NCBI GenBank assembly: GCA_052279835.1
Contig: CP181291.1
Location: 1,728,001-1,792,000 of the forward strand
Length of the DNA stretch: 64,000 bases
Direction: 5' to 3'
Source of the DNA: Microcoleus sp.
Lineage (GTDB): Bacteria; Cyanobacteriota; Cyanobacteriia; Cyanobacteriales; Microcoleaceae
Shown here: positions 31,756 to 42,730 of the stretch, piece by piece
Numbering within the stretch: position 1 is the first letter of the stretch
Layout: each line of letters opens with the position of its first letter
Program-made: the position numbers and the translations under genes
The notes under the pieces: model-generated
Databases searched by the model: none
Told to the model about the DNA's origin: nothing
What the model saw: only the letters and a program-made list of their open reading frames with translations

Positions 31756-33234
31756 TCAATCGTCTAGCAGTAAATCGCGCAGGAAATAAAAGCGATCGCG
31801 CCATAAATTATCTCCTTTAATTCGCCCTAAGTAACCTGTCAATGGCGAGGCAAGTTCTATTAAAATTTGGTACATTTCTTGCTGATTCAAGGGCTGAGGT
31901 GGATTGGGATTAGCATAATATGCCCCATGAAAAGCCTCAACTCCATCATTCTCAACACCTGTGATTTCTAGACGATTTTTCACGATTTTGATTAGGTGCG
32001 ATCGCAACTTAATTTCTTGTTCAACTCGATCAATATATTTAGCAACTTCATCATCAGATTGTCCAGGTTTTAAGTATTCTTTCAGTTTAAATAAGTCCAC
32101 CGAGTTAGGATAGTTGCTTTGAAGTCTAACCAATTTTTCAAGCGTCTCAGGGTTCATAATTGCCATACCGTGTACTTTTGCTGAATCCTTAACTCCATCA
32201 CTTGGAATACCAGGACCAATAATTAGCTTAGTGACTTTTTCGAGTAATTCTTTATCTCTCAGTTTTCGCGTTCCCAAGTTCAGCAATTGAATTGGTGTAT
32301 CCTTATGGATTTTTTTACCCGCTTTGCACTCACCAACCAGAGGGTAAGGTTTTGAGCAGAATAAATCTAAGCCACCAGGACCACCTTTGTGAGCATAATC
32401 TATTGTAAATCCCAAAAACTCAAGGCTATCGCGCACTACATTTTCAAAGTCGGTTCCTGCTTGATAGTTGCTTTTACCTGTATCTAGTTCTATGCTGCGA
32501 TCGCCCAAAGCTGCTATAGTTTTTATCCAAGCTAAATCCGGTTTGATTTGTTTTACAGGCTTGTCGCTACTCCATCCCAAAAATATTTTGATATCATCGT
32601 TGAGCTGATTGGCAGCTAAGTTCCTACTACCAATTTGGTCAAGTTGCAACTGCAAAGCTTCTAAATCTTGATAAGGATAGACTTCTCCAGCCACCAATAG
32701 AGCTTTACGCTTATAAAAACTAGCTTCAGAAATCACCGGAGTATCACTATCGCTGTTCATTGCCATCACATCCTCGCACTGCGGCCAATAGAAGGCTCCT
32801 GACTCTGTTTTCCCAATGACTACGCAAGGATTAGACAGGCGATAAACTCGTAAAATCAATAGCTTGAGAACTTGGTATTGTTCAAAAATATGTTCCAAAG
32901 CTTCTAATTTCCAAACCGTTGACTGTGCAATCTTCTCTAGAAGGTGCTTTTGCTGTGAATTAATCCGCCAATGATATTCACAACGTGCCCATACCTTAAG
33001 CTGGATGGGATATGTTTGAAGTTCAGAAAATGCACTTTCAGCCTTCCTTAAATATTGAGGCTGATAGTATTGATCGAGGCTAAGTTTATCAGGAAGATGT
33101 TGACTGGGATAGAGCCAGAGTACCTCACCTTCTCTGATATTTTGCCTGAATGGTACAGCAATTAGCCTACCTAATGTTAGCAGTTCAACATCACAAGCTG
33201 GCAATTGAATACCCTTAATGATTTCAAGATTCAT
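31756..33234 (-). CDS. DUF1802-like N-terminal domain fused to a PD-(D/E)xK (Mrr-like) nuclease
   Basis: DFE..VRDSLEFLGF, GGLDLFC, VGECKAG; N-terminal LWLYP and LLILRVYRL resemble DUF1802. Confidence 0.7.
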   Translation of the reverse strand: MNLEIIKGIQLPACDVELLTLGRLIAVPFRQNIREGEVLWLYPSQHLPDKLSLDQYYQPQYLRKAESAFSELQTYPIQLKVWARCEYHWRINSQQKHLLEKIAQSTVWKLEALEHIFEQYQVLKLLILRVYRLSNPCVVIGKTESGAFYWPQCEDVMAMNSDSDTPVISEASFYKRKALLVAGEVYPYQDLEALQLQLDQIGSRNLAANQLNDDIKIFLGWSSDKPVKQIKPDLAWIKTIAALGDRSIELDTGKSNYQAGTDFENVVRDSLEFLGFTIDYAHKGGPGGLDLFCSKPYPLVGECKAGKKIHKDTPIQLLNLGTRKLRDKELLEKVTKLIIGPGIPSDGVKDSAKVHGMAIMNPETLEKLVRLQSNYPNSVDLFKLKEYLKPGQSDDEVAKYIDRVEQEIKLRSHLIKIVKNRLEITGVENDGVEAFHGAYYANPNPPQPLNQQEMYQILIELASPLTGYLGRIKGDNLWRDRFYFLRDLLLDD

Positions 33235-35075
33235 ATTAAAACTGGAGCACTCAAAATTTCACAAATTAGTGGATTGTCAGCAGCCAGGTTTAATTCTTTA
33301 ACAAATTCAATCACCTGCTGCTTAGTAAACCCGTAGTTCTCAGCTTCTTCATGAATTTGATAAAGTGCTGCTAAAGGCTTGATCTCATCCTTCTTTAGAA
33401 CAACAACTTCACCTCCTTGTTCCTGTACAAGTTTTTCTTCAAGCTGTTTGCCTTTCTTCCAACTGAGAGGAACGGGTGTTGAGCGGACTAAACACCCACG
33501 AGTAATGTTATGTTTGGTATATTTCAACAGTCGTTGCATTACTGCATTGAATGTCATGCCAGTCAAAGTTTCTGAAACTCTGACTCCAATTCTTACTGTT
33601 TTTTGTTGAAGTGAATCGTAGCCATCAATAATCAAATGTAGATCGTGACCTGCCTGCTTAATATGTGTAACCGAAGTAATTATTACATTTTCCGTTCCAC
33701 CTTTAGGAATCATTGCCATTGTAGAGCCAATAATAGCAGCTAACAGGTCATCGTTTCTATCGGGTACTGAAACTCGACTCAAAAGTTCATTATAAGCATC
33801 CAGAAACTCTTGCCGTTTATTGTCCTTCGGGTCTATCGGAATAACTGGATTTACAATTTCCACTGAATCAAATTTTTCAGCACACCATGTCATCAAGTCT
33901 CGCACACCAGCAGCTTTACTTGCAATACCTCTGATTTTATTAGCATCAAAAGGATATAAATTCGGATAAGCTTCAGGATTTAGATTGTTTTTGCTGTGAA
34001 ACCAAGCTAGCCTCAATTTAACCAGCTCTAGCATCTGATCAGCAGTAGGTGGGTTTGTAGCTACAGACCATTGTCCTACACGATCGGGTATGCCACTTCC
34101 CATGTCTTTAATTTCCTTCCATGTGTCGCTAATAACGCAACATAGGAGAAGTACATTGCTACATTGAAAGTAAATTTTATTTATGCAGGTAGCTACTATT
34201 TGAGCTGCGCTATCTCCGCAGTCATTACCGACTCTAACTTGGTCGAGTTGATCGAAACAAATCAATACTGGTCCTGAGGAAACTCCAGCAAGCTTACATA
34301 TTTGCTCTATGAACCAAATAGACTTTTCATCTTGTTGTTGCTGCGAAAACTCTGGTAAACCCCTGTCCCTGGTTTCAGGATGATCTATACCTTGAATCCA
34401 AGCCATACCAATTTGAGCAATTGGATCAGATTTAAATAGGAGAAATAAAACTGCTCTCAAAAAATTAAAGTCAAGGTCGTGTTGAGATTCTAAGATTGCT
34501 TCGACTACCTCATCAATAAATTGAAAGCGTTGAGCTTTGCTGAGATTTTTGATGAGGTATTTCCTTAATTCTTCAGGATGATTGCATTTTTCAATATAGA
34601 TCTGGTATTTTTCTTCAAATTCTGTTCCCTTAAGAGTCGCAATCATAGACGCAGCAAGTTGTTGCCATTGCGTTACTCCTCTGACATCTTGGTGCTTAAA
34701 GCTGAGTGAAAGATAGAAGCGCACATGGGAATCAATTCGACTAGCGTCAGTAAATGGAGGAATGTAGGCAAATACAGCTCCACCCTCACGCTCAATAGTT
34801 TTCCAGATCCGGTGGATCGTATGACTTTTGCCTGTGCCTCTATCACCTCTGACTGCAATCCCGATTTTATCAGAATCCTTTTTGCGGACTTCAGAAATTG
34901 CTTTATAGATTGTCTTGTCAACCTGCTGGTTGAGATCGGGGAGATTAGTCATAACTTCACCCCAAACCTCATTCGCAGTTACGATGGGTTTCGATTTGAA
35001 AGGATTGGGCTGTTCCTTGCGTGCTTCTTCAAACAGTGTATATGGATCTGTCATTGTTTTCTGCCTCAATCTCAA
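33231..35075 (-). CDS. P-loop (AAA+-like) ATPase
   Basis: Walker A GDRGTGKS, Walker B LICFDQLD; start is TTG 35075 or ATG 35054. Confidence 0.85.
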   Translation of the reverse strand: MRLRQKTMTDPYTLFEEARKEQPNPFKSKPIVTANEVWGEVMTNLPDLNQQVDKTIYKAISEVRKKDSDKIGIAVRGDRGTGKSHTIHRIWKTIEREGGAVFAYIPPFTDASRIDSHVRFYLSLSFKHQDVRGVTQWQQLAASMIATLKGTEFEEKYQIYIEKCNHPEELRKYLIKNLSKAQRFQFIDEVVEAILESQHDLDFNFLRAVLFLLFKSDPIAQIGMAWIQGIDHPETRDRGLPEFSQQQQDEKSIWFIEQICKLAGVSSGPVLICFDQLDQVRVGNDCGDSAAQIVATCINKIYFQCSNVLLLCCVISDTWKEIKDMGSGIPDRVGQWSVATNPPTADQMLELVKLRLAWFHSKNNLNPEAYPNLYPFDANKIRGIASKAAGVRDLMTWCAEKFDSVEIVNPVIPIDPKDNKRQEFLDAYNELLSRVSVPDRNDDLLAAIIGSTMAMIPKGGTENVIITSVTHIKQAGHDLHLIIDGYDSLQQKTVRIGVRVSETLTGMTFNAVMQRLLKYTKHNITRGCLVRSTPVPLSWKKGKQLEEKLVQEQGGEVVVLKKDEIKPLAALYQIHEEAENYGFTKQQVIEFVKELNLAADNPLICEILSAPVLI

Positions 35076-35785
35076 GATGGTTTGCTAACGAAAAACAAAA
35101 GACCTCTTACCTCGTCGCTGATCGAGTCTCGTTTTTGTTCATCAGTTGCTCCACGAGCTTCTCCACTTTGGAGATAAAATAAACGATCCGCCTGCATCTG
35201 CATAATCAAGTCTTTGAAATCTTCCCGCTTAACCCGTTCCCCTAGCTCACGGCGCAGATGCCAGATGGGGACAATTCCCATGTAGTTGTAGCCTTTGTCC
35301 AATTTCTCAAATAGCGCAAGGGCCACAGACATAAAATCCTCATAGGAGGCGATCGCCCCTACATCCCCTTTCCCCGTCTCAACACCAACACCCAGTGCAC
35401 CATCCTCATGCCGCATCCATTTCAACAAAGCATTTCCCAGCCGCGCACCCATTTGAGAACCATCAAACTCAAACAAAGAATCCTGACTTTTCAAACCAGC
35501 CGCTAAAACCTCTTTCCCCTTCGCCGTCAATTCCACCTGCGATCGTCCCTTTTCCCGCAAATAGGCGATCGCTCCCGATTCCTCTAATTCCTTCAAAATC
35601 GGCTCATAAGTCTTTTTAGTCTCATTAGTTCTCGCAATCAGCTTAGTCAACTTCCCTTGATTAACCTTATTTTTCCCTTCCCCCTCATCCCACAAATTCA
35701 ACAGCACCCGAACTTTTGCCTTCGCATTCCACAGCAATTGCTCTGCGGCCGTCAACGCAATTTCAGCTTTTTTAGACATATTCAT
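35072..35785 (-). CDS. Hypothetical protein with two probable winged-helix domains
   Basis: LKELEESGAI...VELTAKGKE pattern; IVPIWHLRRELG..F...QMQ pattern. Confidence 0.65.
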   Translation of the reverse strand: MNMSKKAEIALTAAEQLLWNAKAKVRVLLNLWDEGEGKNKVNQGKLTKLIARTNETKKTYEPILKELEESGAIAYLREKGRSQVELTAKGKEVLAAGLKSQDSLFEFDGSQMGARLGNALLKWMRHEDGALGVGVETGKGDVGAIASYEDFMSVALALFEKLDKGYNYMGIVPIWHLRRELGERVKREDFKDLIMQMQADRLFYLQSGEARGATDEQKRDSISDEVRGLLFFVSKPS

Positions 35786-35957
35786 ACCTTCAAATACCAG
35801 ATATCATCATCGAATTTTATCAGAAATCCTGCTAAAAAACATCTCAATTGTCTGGCAAATTTCTCCAGATGCTGCCAATAATTTATGCAGATTTGCTGCT
35901 GCAATAATTTTATTACTCATCCGTATTCTTAAAGTTGATTATTTAAAAAAATAGGGG

Positions 35958-35986
35958 TTGACTAAAAAACTGTTATTTGATATAAT
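35958..35986 (+). promoter_or_regulatory. Sigma70-type promoter
   Basis: TTGACT-N17-TATAAT. Confidence 0.7.
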
Positions 35987-36314
35987 CTGCGGTCTTACCA
36001 AAAGCAATTGATTCCTAAATCCCCCCATTCAATCCTTCGCAGAATCAGGATGAATATCAAAAACTGGGTAAGTTATTCAACATGAATTATTCAAGCCGAT
36101 GAGAGTCTACAGCGGCTTTAGTATTACAAAACAATCGCCAGTATCAACTTCCCTGAGCAACCTCAACAAATTATAGCGATCGCAACTTTAAGCAACAACC
36201 ACCACGCCAGCTTAAGTGCGACTTTAGTTGAATACCCTATTCATCCTTTAGAAAGACGTATTCAACCAAAACATTTCGTTACATTACCAACAAAGTAATG
36301 AGTTGCAGATTCCT

Positions 36315-36794
36315 ATGAAAACCATTCCCGACCAAATTTCCGACATCAAAGAAAAACTGCCAGACCTTACTCCCACACCTCCTGGCCTAAAAGCCCAAGC
36401 ATCCACCCACGACCTCAAAGACCGTTTAGATTGGGGAGAACCTGGATTAACAATCATCGATGTGCGCGATCGTGAAAGCTTCGACAAAAGCCACATTACC
36501 GGGGCATTACCAATGCCCATCGACGAATTAGTAGAACTAGCAAAATCCAGCCTCGAAACCGTGCGCGACATCTACATCTACGGCGAAAACGACGCACAAA
36601 CAGCCGAAGCAGCAGGTATTCTGCGCCAAGCAGGTTTCCTAAAAGTAGCCGAACTCCTAGGCGGAATTCCGGCATGGAAAGCCATAGACGGCCCCATCGA
36701 TGGTGCTATGGAACACGAAAATCCCGGCCCCGATGCCTACAACGTTTTCTCTCGCCTACAACAGCACGCCAAAGCACAGAAAACTAACAAATAA
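36315..36794 (+). CDS. Rhodanese-like domain protein (catalytic Cys apparently absent)
   Basis: IIDVRD..F...HITGA, LLGGIPAW; IYIYG at the active-site loop. Confidence 0.85.
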   Translation: MKTIPDQISDIKEKLPDLTPTPPGLKAQASTHDLKDRLDWGEPGLTIIDVRDRESFDKSHITGALPMPIDELVELAKSSLETVRDIYIYGENDAQTAEAAGILRQAGFLKVAELLGGIPAWKAIDGPIDGAMEHENPGPDAYNVFSRLQQHAKAQKTNK

Positions 36795-36894
36795 TCTCCG
36801 ATCCCATGCCGAAACCCGACTTATTAAATAAGTCGGGTTTCGGAGTCACCTGGGGTCGATTTGTTCAATCTCAAATCTCCAATTTTAAATAGAT

Positions 36895-37362
36895 TTAATT
36901 TTCCTTACTCCCGTCTAAATATGCTTTAACTTCCCTCAAAATTTGTCGATTTCCATCAAAAGTAATCAAATTAATAGCTTCCTCAAAAGAACTCCAAGCA
37001 GAATTTTGAACTTCTTCTACCTGCAAAACAACATCCATTGAATTGACAAAAGCCACAAAATAAGTCACACTCTTTTCAATTACCTCCCCTTCTTTAGCAA
37101 AGGCATAATGTTTCACAGAAGTGGGAGCAGCTTCCTGAACAAAAGAATAATATTCCACAAAACTAGGCTCCTCCACCACTTCATAATCACGGATGCCAGT
37201 TTCCTCTTCCAATTCCCGTTTCGCCGTTTCCAATGCAGATTCCCCTGGATCGGCGTGACCTTTGGGAAACGCCCAATGTCCGGCTTGATGTTGAATTAAT
37301 AAAAACAAAGTATCAGTTTCATTCACAAAAACTGGCACTATTCCAAAAGCTTCATCTTTCAT
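36895..37362 (-). CDS. Nudix hydrolase (Ap4A hydrolase-like)
   Basis: HWAFPKGH...ETAKRELEEETG Nudix box. Confidence 0.9.
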   Translation of the reverse strand: MKDEAFGIVPVFVNETDTLFLLIQHQAGHWAFPKGHADPGESALETAKRELEEETGIRDYEVVEEPSFVEYYSFVQEAAPTSVKHYAFAKEGEVIEKSVTYFVAFVNSMDVVLQVEEVQNSAWSSFEEAINLITFDGNRQILREVKAYLDGSKEN

Positions 37363-37489
37363 GTTTTTTCTGTTTCCTATTACTAACTAATCCCAATCTT
37401 TTTTTCTTTAGTCCGCGCAGGCGGACTTCGTTTGTGTAGAAGCGAATTCTATTCGCCGGGAATTTGTGTGTAGTTTTAACTTATTTCCA

Positions 37490-38212
37490 CTAAAATTCCC
37501 AACCCAAGCGAGTAGGCTGTTCATAAATTCGTTTCAAAGTATTAATATCCTTGACAGAAATAGGTGGAGGATTCCTCACTTGAGCAAAATAAAGCACATC
37601 AGTTTCCATCAAACTATGACCCCAAATTCCCAAAGCATGACCAAACTCGTGACGGGCCACCGCAGCCATATATTTACCCACCTGATTCGGATTCAGATAA
37701 ACCGAAAACCGATGAGATAACACTGTTTGATCGCCATCATTGCGGGTGTATAATTCATAGACAGATTCTCCCGATCGCGCTTTCTCCCCTTGACGCAAAG
37801 GTGGAGCCTGAATTAAAATTTTAATATCAGCCACCTCGGAACTATCCACCACTACCAAGGGCAAATAAACCCCCCATTCTCGAACAATACCCAACACAGC
37901 CTCAACCCATTCAACAGAGCGATTGGTATTCACCGGAGGTTGCACATAAACCCGAATTGGAAATTTTGACCAAACCAAATGACCGACTTTCGGGGGCTTG
38001 ATGCGATCGAAATAATCGCCACTATCAGTGGAATCTTGCCAATTAGCCAGCGTTGGTGGCAAAGAATGAACCTGGGGAGAGGGCCAACTATCGGGGAGAG
38101 GAGGAACGCTCGCAGCAGGAGCATTAACCTGAGTCAAAATTATCAGGATAAAACAACATAAAGCGACTGAAAACAGTGTCCGCAATCTTCTGGTAACTTT
38201 CCACAACCACAT
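37490..38212 (-). CDS. Secreted matrixin-like Zn metalloprotease
   Basis: Signal peptide; HEFGHALGIWGH. Confidence 0.85.
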   Translation of the reverse strand: MWLWKVTRRLRTLFSVALCCFILIILTQVNAPAASVPPLPDSWPSPQVHSLPPTLANWQDSTDSGDYFDRIKPPKVGHLVWSKFPIRVYVQPPVNTNRSVEWVEAVLGIVREWGVYLPLVVVDSSEVADIKILIQAPPLRQGEKARSGESVYELYTRNDGDQTVLSHRFSVYLNPNQVGKYMAAVARHEFGHALGIWGHSLMETDVLYFAQVRNPPPISVKDINTLKRIYEQPTRLGWEF

Positions 38213-38409
38213 TTTTGCAACCGCAGTTAAACCTCATATGTTGCACCCTTTTCAAGAACAGGCAAAATGCCTGTTCTACAAAGAATCAATGGGTGCATCT
38301 GTGTTTTGCAAATATATTCCTAGGATGCTCTAGCCCTTACAAAACCGGGATGCTCCCGAATCAATTTGATTGTGGCACGTACATCTGGCCCGTGAATTAT
38401 TGCCTAATT

Positions 38410-38649
38410 TTATAACTTAGGAGTCAACCAACCAGCACTCAAAATTACCGTCAAACCTATAAAAACAATAGCCAAACCCCAAGTAATCCGATTCAGAGTA
38501 GTCTCAGCACTCTTGGTACTTGTAAACAATTGAGCTTGTCCTCCAATACCTCCAATGCCATCACCTTTAGGACTGTGCAGCAACACAAAAATCACAAGTC
38601 CAAGAGCAGACAAAGACCAGATAACTTGTAAAACAGAAACAATATTCAT
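38410..38649 (-). CDS. secG: Preprotein translocase subunit SecG
   Basis: VLLHSPKGDG...LNRITW; two TM helices; adjacent to gpmI. Confidence 0.93.
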   Translation of the reverse strand: MNIVSVLQVIWSLSALGLVIFVLLHSPKGDGIGGIGGQAQLFTSTKSAETTLNRITWGLAIVFIGLTVILSAGWLTPKL

Positions 38650-38954
38650 AATTGTGGGTAATTGGTAATCGGTAATTGGTGACTTATTATCATATCAAAT
38701 CCGGTGGAGAGTCCGCAATTTATGTAGGGACACGGCAATTTCCATTCGTGTCAACTTAACGTTAAACCCAGTCAGAGACTGTTGTTTGACTATTAAATCT
38801 AGATCCCCCCTAGCCCCCCTTAAGAAGGGGGGAACCGGAAATGGCTCAAAGTCCCCCTTCCCCCCTTGGGGGCAGGGCTGTTTCATTCTCAGATAAATCA
38901 TCGTTTTGTAGGGTAGTGCCACCGTGCCTACCCTCCCCGTCCACTGCGTCCCTA

Positions 38955-40556
38955 CTACAACCGGACTCGCACCGGAGAGCGATTAGCGCGAACTTCAAAA
39001 TCAGCCGATCGAATCATAGAACGTCCTGTCATCTCAGGAGGCTGAGGCAATCTCAAAAACTCCAAAATCGTCGGTGCAATATCAGCCAAACAGCCATCTT
39101 CCCTCAAAGGAACATCCGTTCCGTGACCAGGAATCTTCAGACCTTCGCCTTCTACCAGAATAAACGGCACCGGATTAGTAGTGTGAGCCGTCCAAGGATT
39201 CCCATCCTCATCAAACATCTGCTCAGCATTACCGTGGTCAGCGATAATAATTGCCGTTCCGCCAGCTTTGGTTACGCCAGTCACCAGCCTCCCCAAACAT
39301 TTGTCCACAGTTTCGATCGCACTTACAGTGGCATCCATCATCCCCGTATGACCCACCATATCTGGGTTAGCGTAGTTAATCGCCACAAACGAATAAATAC
39401 CCTTCTCAATCGCCGCCAGCGCCCCATCCGTCACTAGGGCCGCCGACATTTCTGGTGCCTCATCGTAAGTCGCCACCATCGGACTCTGCACCATTTCCCG
39501 GTCTTCTCCCTCAAAAGGCTCTTCTAGACCTCCATTAAAAAAATAAGTCACATGAGCATACTTTTCAGTTTCCGCCGTCCGCAACTGCCGCAAACCCTGT
39601 TTCGAGATTACCTCACCCAGAATATTGTTCAAATTCTGAGGTTCAAAAGCCACCAAAACTGAAGACAACTTCGGATCGTATTGAGTAAAACTGGCAAAGG
39701 TCAGCGGCTCAATTAACTGCCGTTCAAACCCTTTAAAATTTGGATCGACAAAGGCCTGAGTCAACTCTCTAGCCCTGTCCGGGCGAAAATTAAAGAAAAT
39801 CAGCCCATCGCCGGATGCCACTGCTCCGGGCGCAATGCGGGTCGGGACGGCAAACTCGTCCGTCACTCCTTCACCATAAGATGCCTGCAACACCTCCACA
39901 GCCGATCGACCATCAGGTGCCCCCTCAGTCGTCATCACATCATAGGCACGTTGCACCCGATCCCAGCGCTTGTCACGATCCATCGCATAATAGCGACCGC
40001 TGAGAGTGGCTATTTTGCCAATCCCTACCTCTTGGATATAACCTTCTATTTTGGCGAGAGCTTCCACACCCTCTTTTGGGGTAGTATCGCGGCCGTCGGT
40101 AATGGCGTGAATGCAAACCTCAGAAATGCCCAGGGCTTTTGCCAATTGCAGCAAGCCTACAATATGACTGAGATGGGAATGAACCCCACCTTCGGAACAA
40201 AGACCAGTCAGGTGCAACTTCCCGCCCCTAGCTTGCACTTCCTCGCAAAGCTTAACTAGAGCCGGATTGCTCAGCAAAGAACCATCTTCCACTGCATCAG
40301 AGATCCGCACCAACTCTTGAGGGACTACCCTACCCGCACCCAGATTCAAGTGACCCACTTCGGAGTTGCCCATTTGCCCGTCGGGTAGGCCTACGGCTCT
40401 GCCAGAAGTGCGAATTAGAGTTCTGGGATAAGCGGCCCAGAGACTGTCCATAACTGGTGTTTTTGCAGTGGCGATCGCATTTCCGTCTTTTTCTTCACGA
40501 TAACCCCAGCCGTCTAGAATAATCAGCACTACAGGAGATACGGACGCTTGTGGCAT
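38955..40556 (-). CDS. gpmI: 2,3-bisphosphoglycerate-independent phosphoglycerate mutase
   Basis: ILDGWG, MGNSEVGH, NPDMVGHTG, ADHGNAE. Confidence 0.97.
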   Translation of the reverse strand: MPQASVSPVVLIILDGWGYREEKDGNAIATAKTPVMDSLWAAYPRTLIRTSGRAVGLPDGQMGNSEVGHLNLGAGRVVPQELVRISDAVEDGSLLSNPALVKLCEEVQARGGKLHLTGLCSEGGVHSHLSHIVGLLQLAKALGISEVCIHAITDGRDTTPKEGVEALAKIEGYIQEVGIGKIATLSGRYYAMDRDKRWDRVQRAYDVMTTEGAPDGRSAVEVLQASYGEGVTDEFAVPTRIAPGAVASGDGLIFFNFRPDRARELTQAFVDPNFKGFERQLIEPLTFASFTQYDPKLSSVLVAFEPQNLNNILGEVISKQGLRQLRTAETEKYAHVTYFFNGGLEEPFEGEDREMVQSPMVATYDEAPEMSAALVTDGALAAIEKGIYSFVAINYANPDMVGHTGMMDATVSAIETVDKCLGRLVTGVTKAGGTAIIIADHGNAEQMFDEDGNPWTAHTTNPVPFILVEGEGLKIPGHGTDVPLREDGCLADIAPTILEFLRLPQPPEMTGRSMIRSADFEVRANRSPVRVRL

Positions 40557-41002
40557 GACAATACCCTATTTGCAAGTATAATTTCTCAGTTAATCAGTTA
40601 TATACGGTGTGATTGTTCGCCCGAAGCCAAGGGATAATTTTAGGGGCTTTTCTTTTTTACGGAATGAAATTTTCATTCACTATTAAAACGGCAAATTAAC
40701 ATAATTGACCTTTAGATGTCAAGACTATGGACCTTTGCAATAGTTATTGTGGCACAGGTCAAACAGCCTGTTCCAGAGGGGCTTTTCTGGAGAGGTCTGG
40801 GGCTGTGAGGGGAAAAATTGCGGACTCAAGGCGATGGCGATGGTCGGGGTAACGGTGAGAACGGTGGGAATGACACCTGGGGGAACTTGGCAATTGTGAA
40901 GCGATCGCATAACATCGAACACAGATAAACTAAAAGCGATAACAGGCTGTAATTGCAAAGCCTTGTTGGATCTTGAAATCAAGCATTTAGGGGCGATCGG
41001 CA

Positions 41003-42502
41003 ATGCACAAACTTTTATATTTTGCAACTATAGGACTACTAGCTTTCTCGATCGGAGGCTGTGGTGACGGTGGGGGTGGCAACACAGCCAGCCCCAGCCC
41101 GACTCCTAGTGGAGCTTCTCCATCACCGTCAGCAGCAGCTAGCCCCACCCCAGGAACTCAGACTTTCCAGTCTCCAGTCGTAGCCGCTCAGCCTCCGGGC
41201 TTAATTCGATCGACCAACCCAGACCAACGGGCACAACAAAGTGCTACAGGGATTGGCGACAACAAGAGCCAGCCCAAAAACCCACCGGCCCCTGGTCAAC
41301 CCATACCGTCGGGAGCGTTGACACCAACTCCTGCTCAGATAGACCCCTTTGGTCCCCTGCCACCGATCGCAGTTCAAAACCCAGCCGGAGCTAATGTAGA
41401 AGTTGGTCAGATTGCGAATCCGTTCCCCAAACTGGCACAACGACAAGTTGCCCTGCTACCGAAACTACCAGACTCATCGCCTCCCCCCAGAATAGAGCCG
41501 ATCGCTCCAATTGTGAGTCGCAACAGTTCACCCAGGGGCGGTCAATCAGGCACTAGGACAGTCACAGGCTCCCAGACCGACCCTTCCCAATCAGGGGGCA
41601 ATGGGTCGCAAATTAGCTCGCCCCGCCAAATTCCGGGCCTCAATACTCCTCAATTTGGCAGTCGCCCTGGACAGCCCGGTTTGCCAGGGGGCAATGGGTC
41701 GCAAATTGGCTCCCCACGCCAAATTCCCGGCCTCAATACCCCTCAATTTGGCAGTCGCCCTGGACAGCCCGGTTTGCCAGGGGGCGAGGGGGCCCAAGTT
41801 GGCTCCCCCCGCCAAATTCCCGGCCTCAATACTCCTCAACTAGGAACTCGTCTAAATCCAGCAACCACTACCGGTAGGAATCCCCGCCGTCCAGCAACCC
41901 TGCGCGCGCCCCAGCCCATTGCAGCTACACCCCTAGGAGTGCCGAATCTGCCAGCACTGCCCGTAGACAAGCGCCCACCCCAGTGGAGAGCGCCCAATCC
42001 TATTGCCACCAGAGTTACTAGCACTCCTAGCCGTCCAGCACCCCCGCGCCCGCCCCAGCCGATTGCAGCTAGACCCCTAGGAGTGCCGAATCTGCCACCA
42101 TTACCAGTAGACAAGCGCCCACCCCAGTGGATCGACCCCAATCCACCTCCGGTGAAGCAAGTGCCTGCAATTCCTGCCCCTCCACCACCACCTTCTACTG
42201 ACCTCGCTACAGGCACAGAAGTCAGCGGGGTGGTCAAAGTTGGGAACGAGACGCAAGTGATTGTCAGAGTACCGAATGAACCAACCAGTCGATATGTCAA
42301 AGTCGGCCAGCGGTTGTCTAACGGGCAAGTGTTGGTGAAGCGGGTTGATGTCAAGTCAGGAGCAGATCCGATCGTGATTCTGGAGGAAAACGGCGTTGAG
42401 GTAGCCAAAGCAGTTGGGGAAAAACCCCCAAGTCGCGAACAAAAACCCGCCAATGCTGTTATTAGCAGTTTGCCAAATCCTAATAGAGCGACGGGACGCT
42501 AA
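41003..42502 (+). CDS. Proline-rich lipoprotein with internal tandem repeats and a C-terminal beta-rich domain
   Basis: Lipobox-like IGGC; ~90-bp repeats x3 (41595-41840) and ~120-bp repeat x2; C-terminal RYVKVGQRLSNGQVLVKR. Confidence 0.75.
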   Translation: MHKLLYFATIGLLAFSIGGCGDGGGGNTASPSPTPSGASPSPSAAASPTPGTQTFQSPVVAAQPPGLIRSTNPDQRAQQSATGIGDNKSQPKNPPAPGQPIPSGALTPTPAQIDPFGPLPPIAVQNPAGANVEVGQIANPFPKLAQRQVALLPKLPDSSPPPRIEPIAPIVSRNSSPRGGQSGTRTVTGSQTDPSQSGGNGSQISSPRQIPGLNTPQFGSRPGQPGLPGGNGSQIGSPRQIPGLNTPQFGSRPGQPGLPGGEGAQVGSPRQIPGLNTPQLGTRLNPATTTGRNPRRPATLRAPQPIAATPLGVPNLPALPVDKRPPQWRAPNPIATRVTSTPSRPAPPRPPQPIAARPLGVPNLPPLPVDKRPPQWIDPNPPPVKQVPAIPAPPPPPSTDLATGTEVSGVVKVGNETQVIVRVPNEPTSRYVKVGQRLSNGQVLVKRVDVKSGADPIVILEENGVEVAKAVGEKPPSREQKPANAVISSLPNPNRATGR

Positions 42503-42730
42503 CAATTGACTGTAAAGTGTAAAAAATGCTAAAGGCAAAAACTTTCTTTTTTGCCTTTTTGCATTTAGGACTGATATCGAAGTTTGAAAGTAAAATCAAT
42601 ATAGAGTTAGCGCTGCTGAAAAATCACCATTAGGGGTAACAACAGGATTAACCAATACCAGACATTTCAGCAAGTCTTAGCTGCTCGAAAATCCCTATTA
42701 CTATTATTTTGAAGTCAAAGGAGATTTCTC

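Noticed and set aside
41836..42453. 205-aa antisense ORF
   Set aside because: Shadow of the Pro-rich, GC-rich coding strand.
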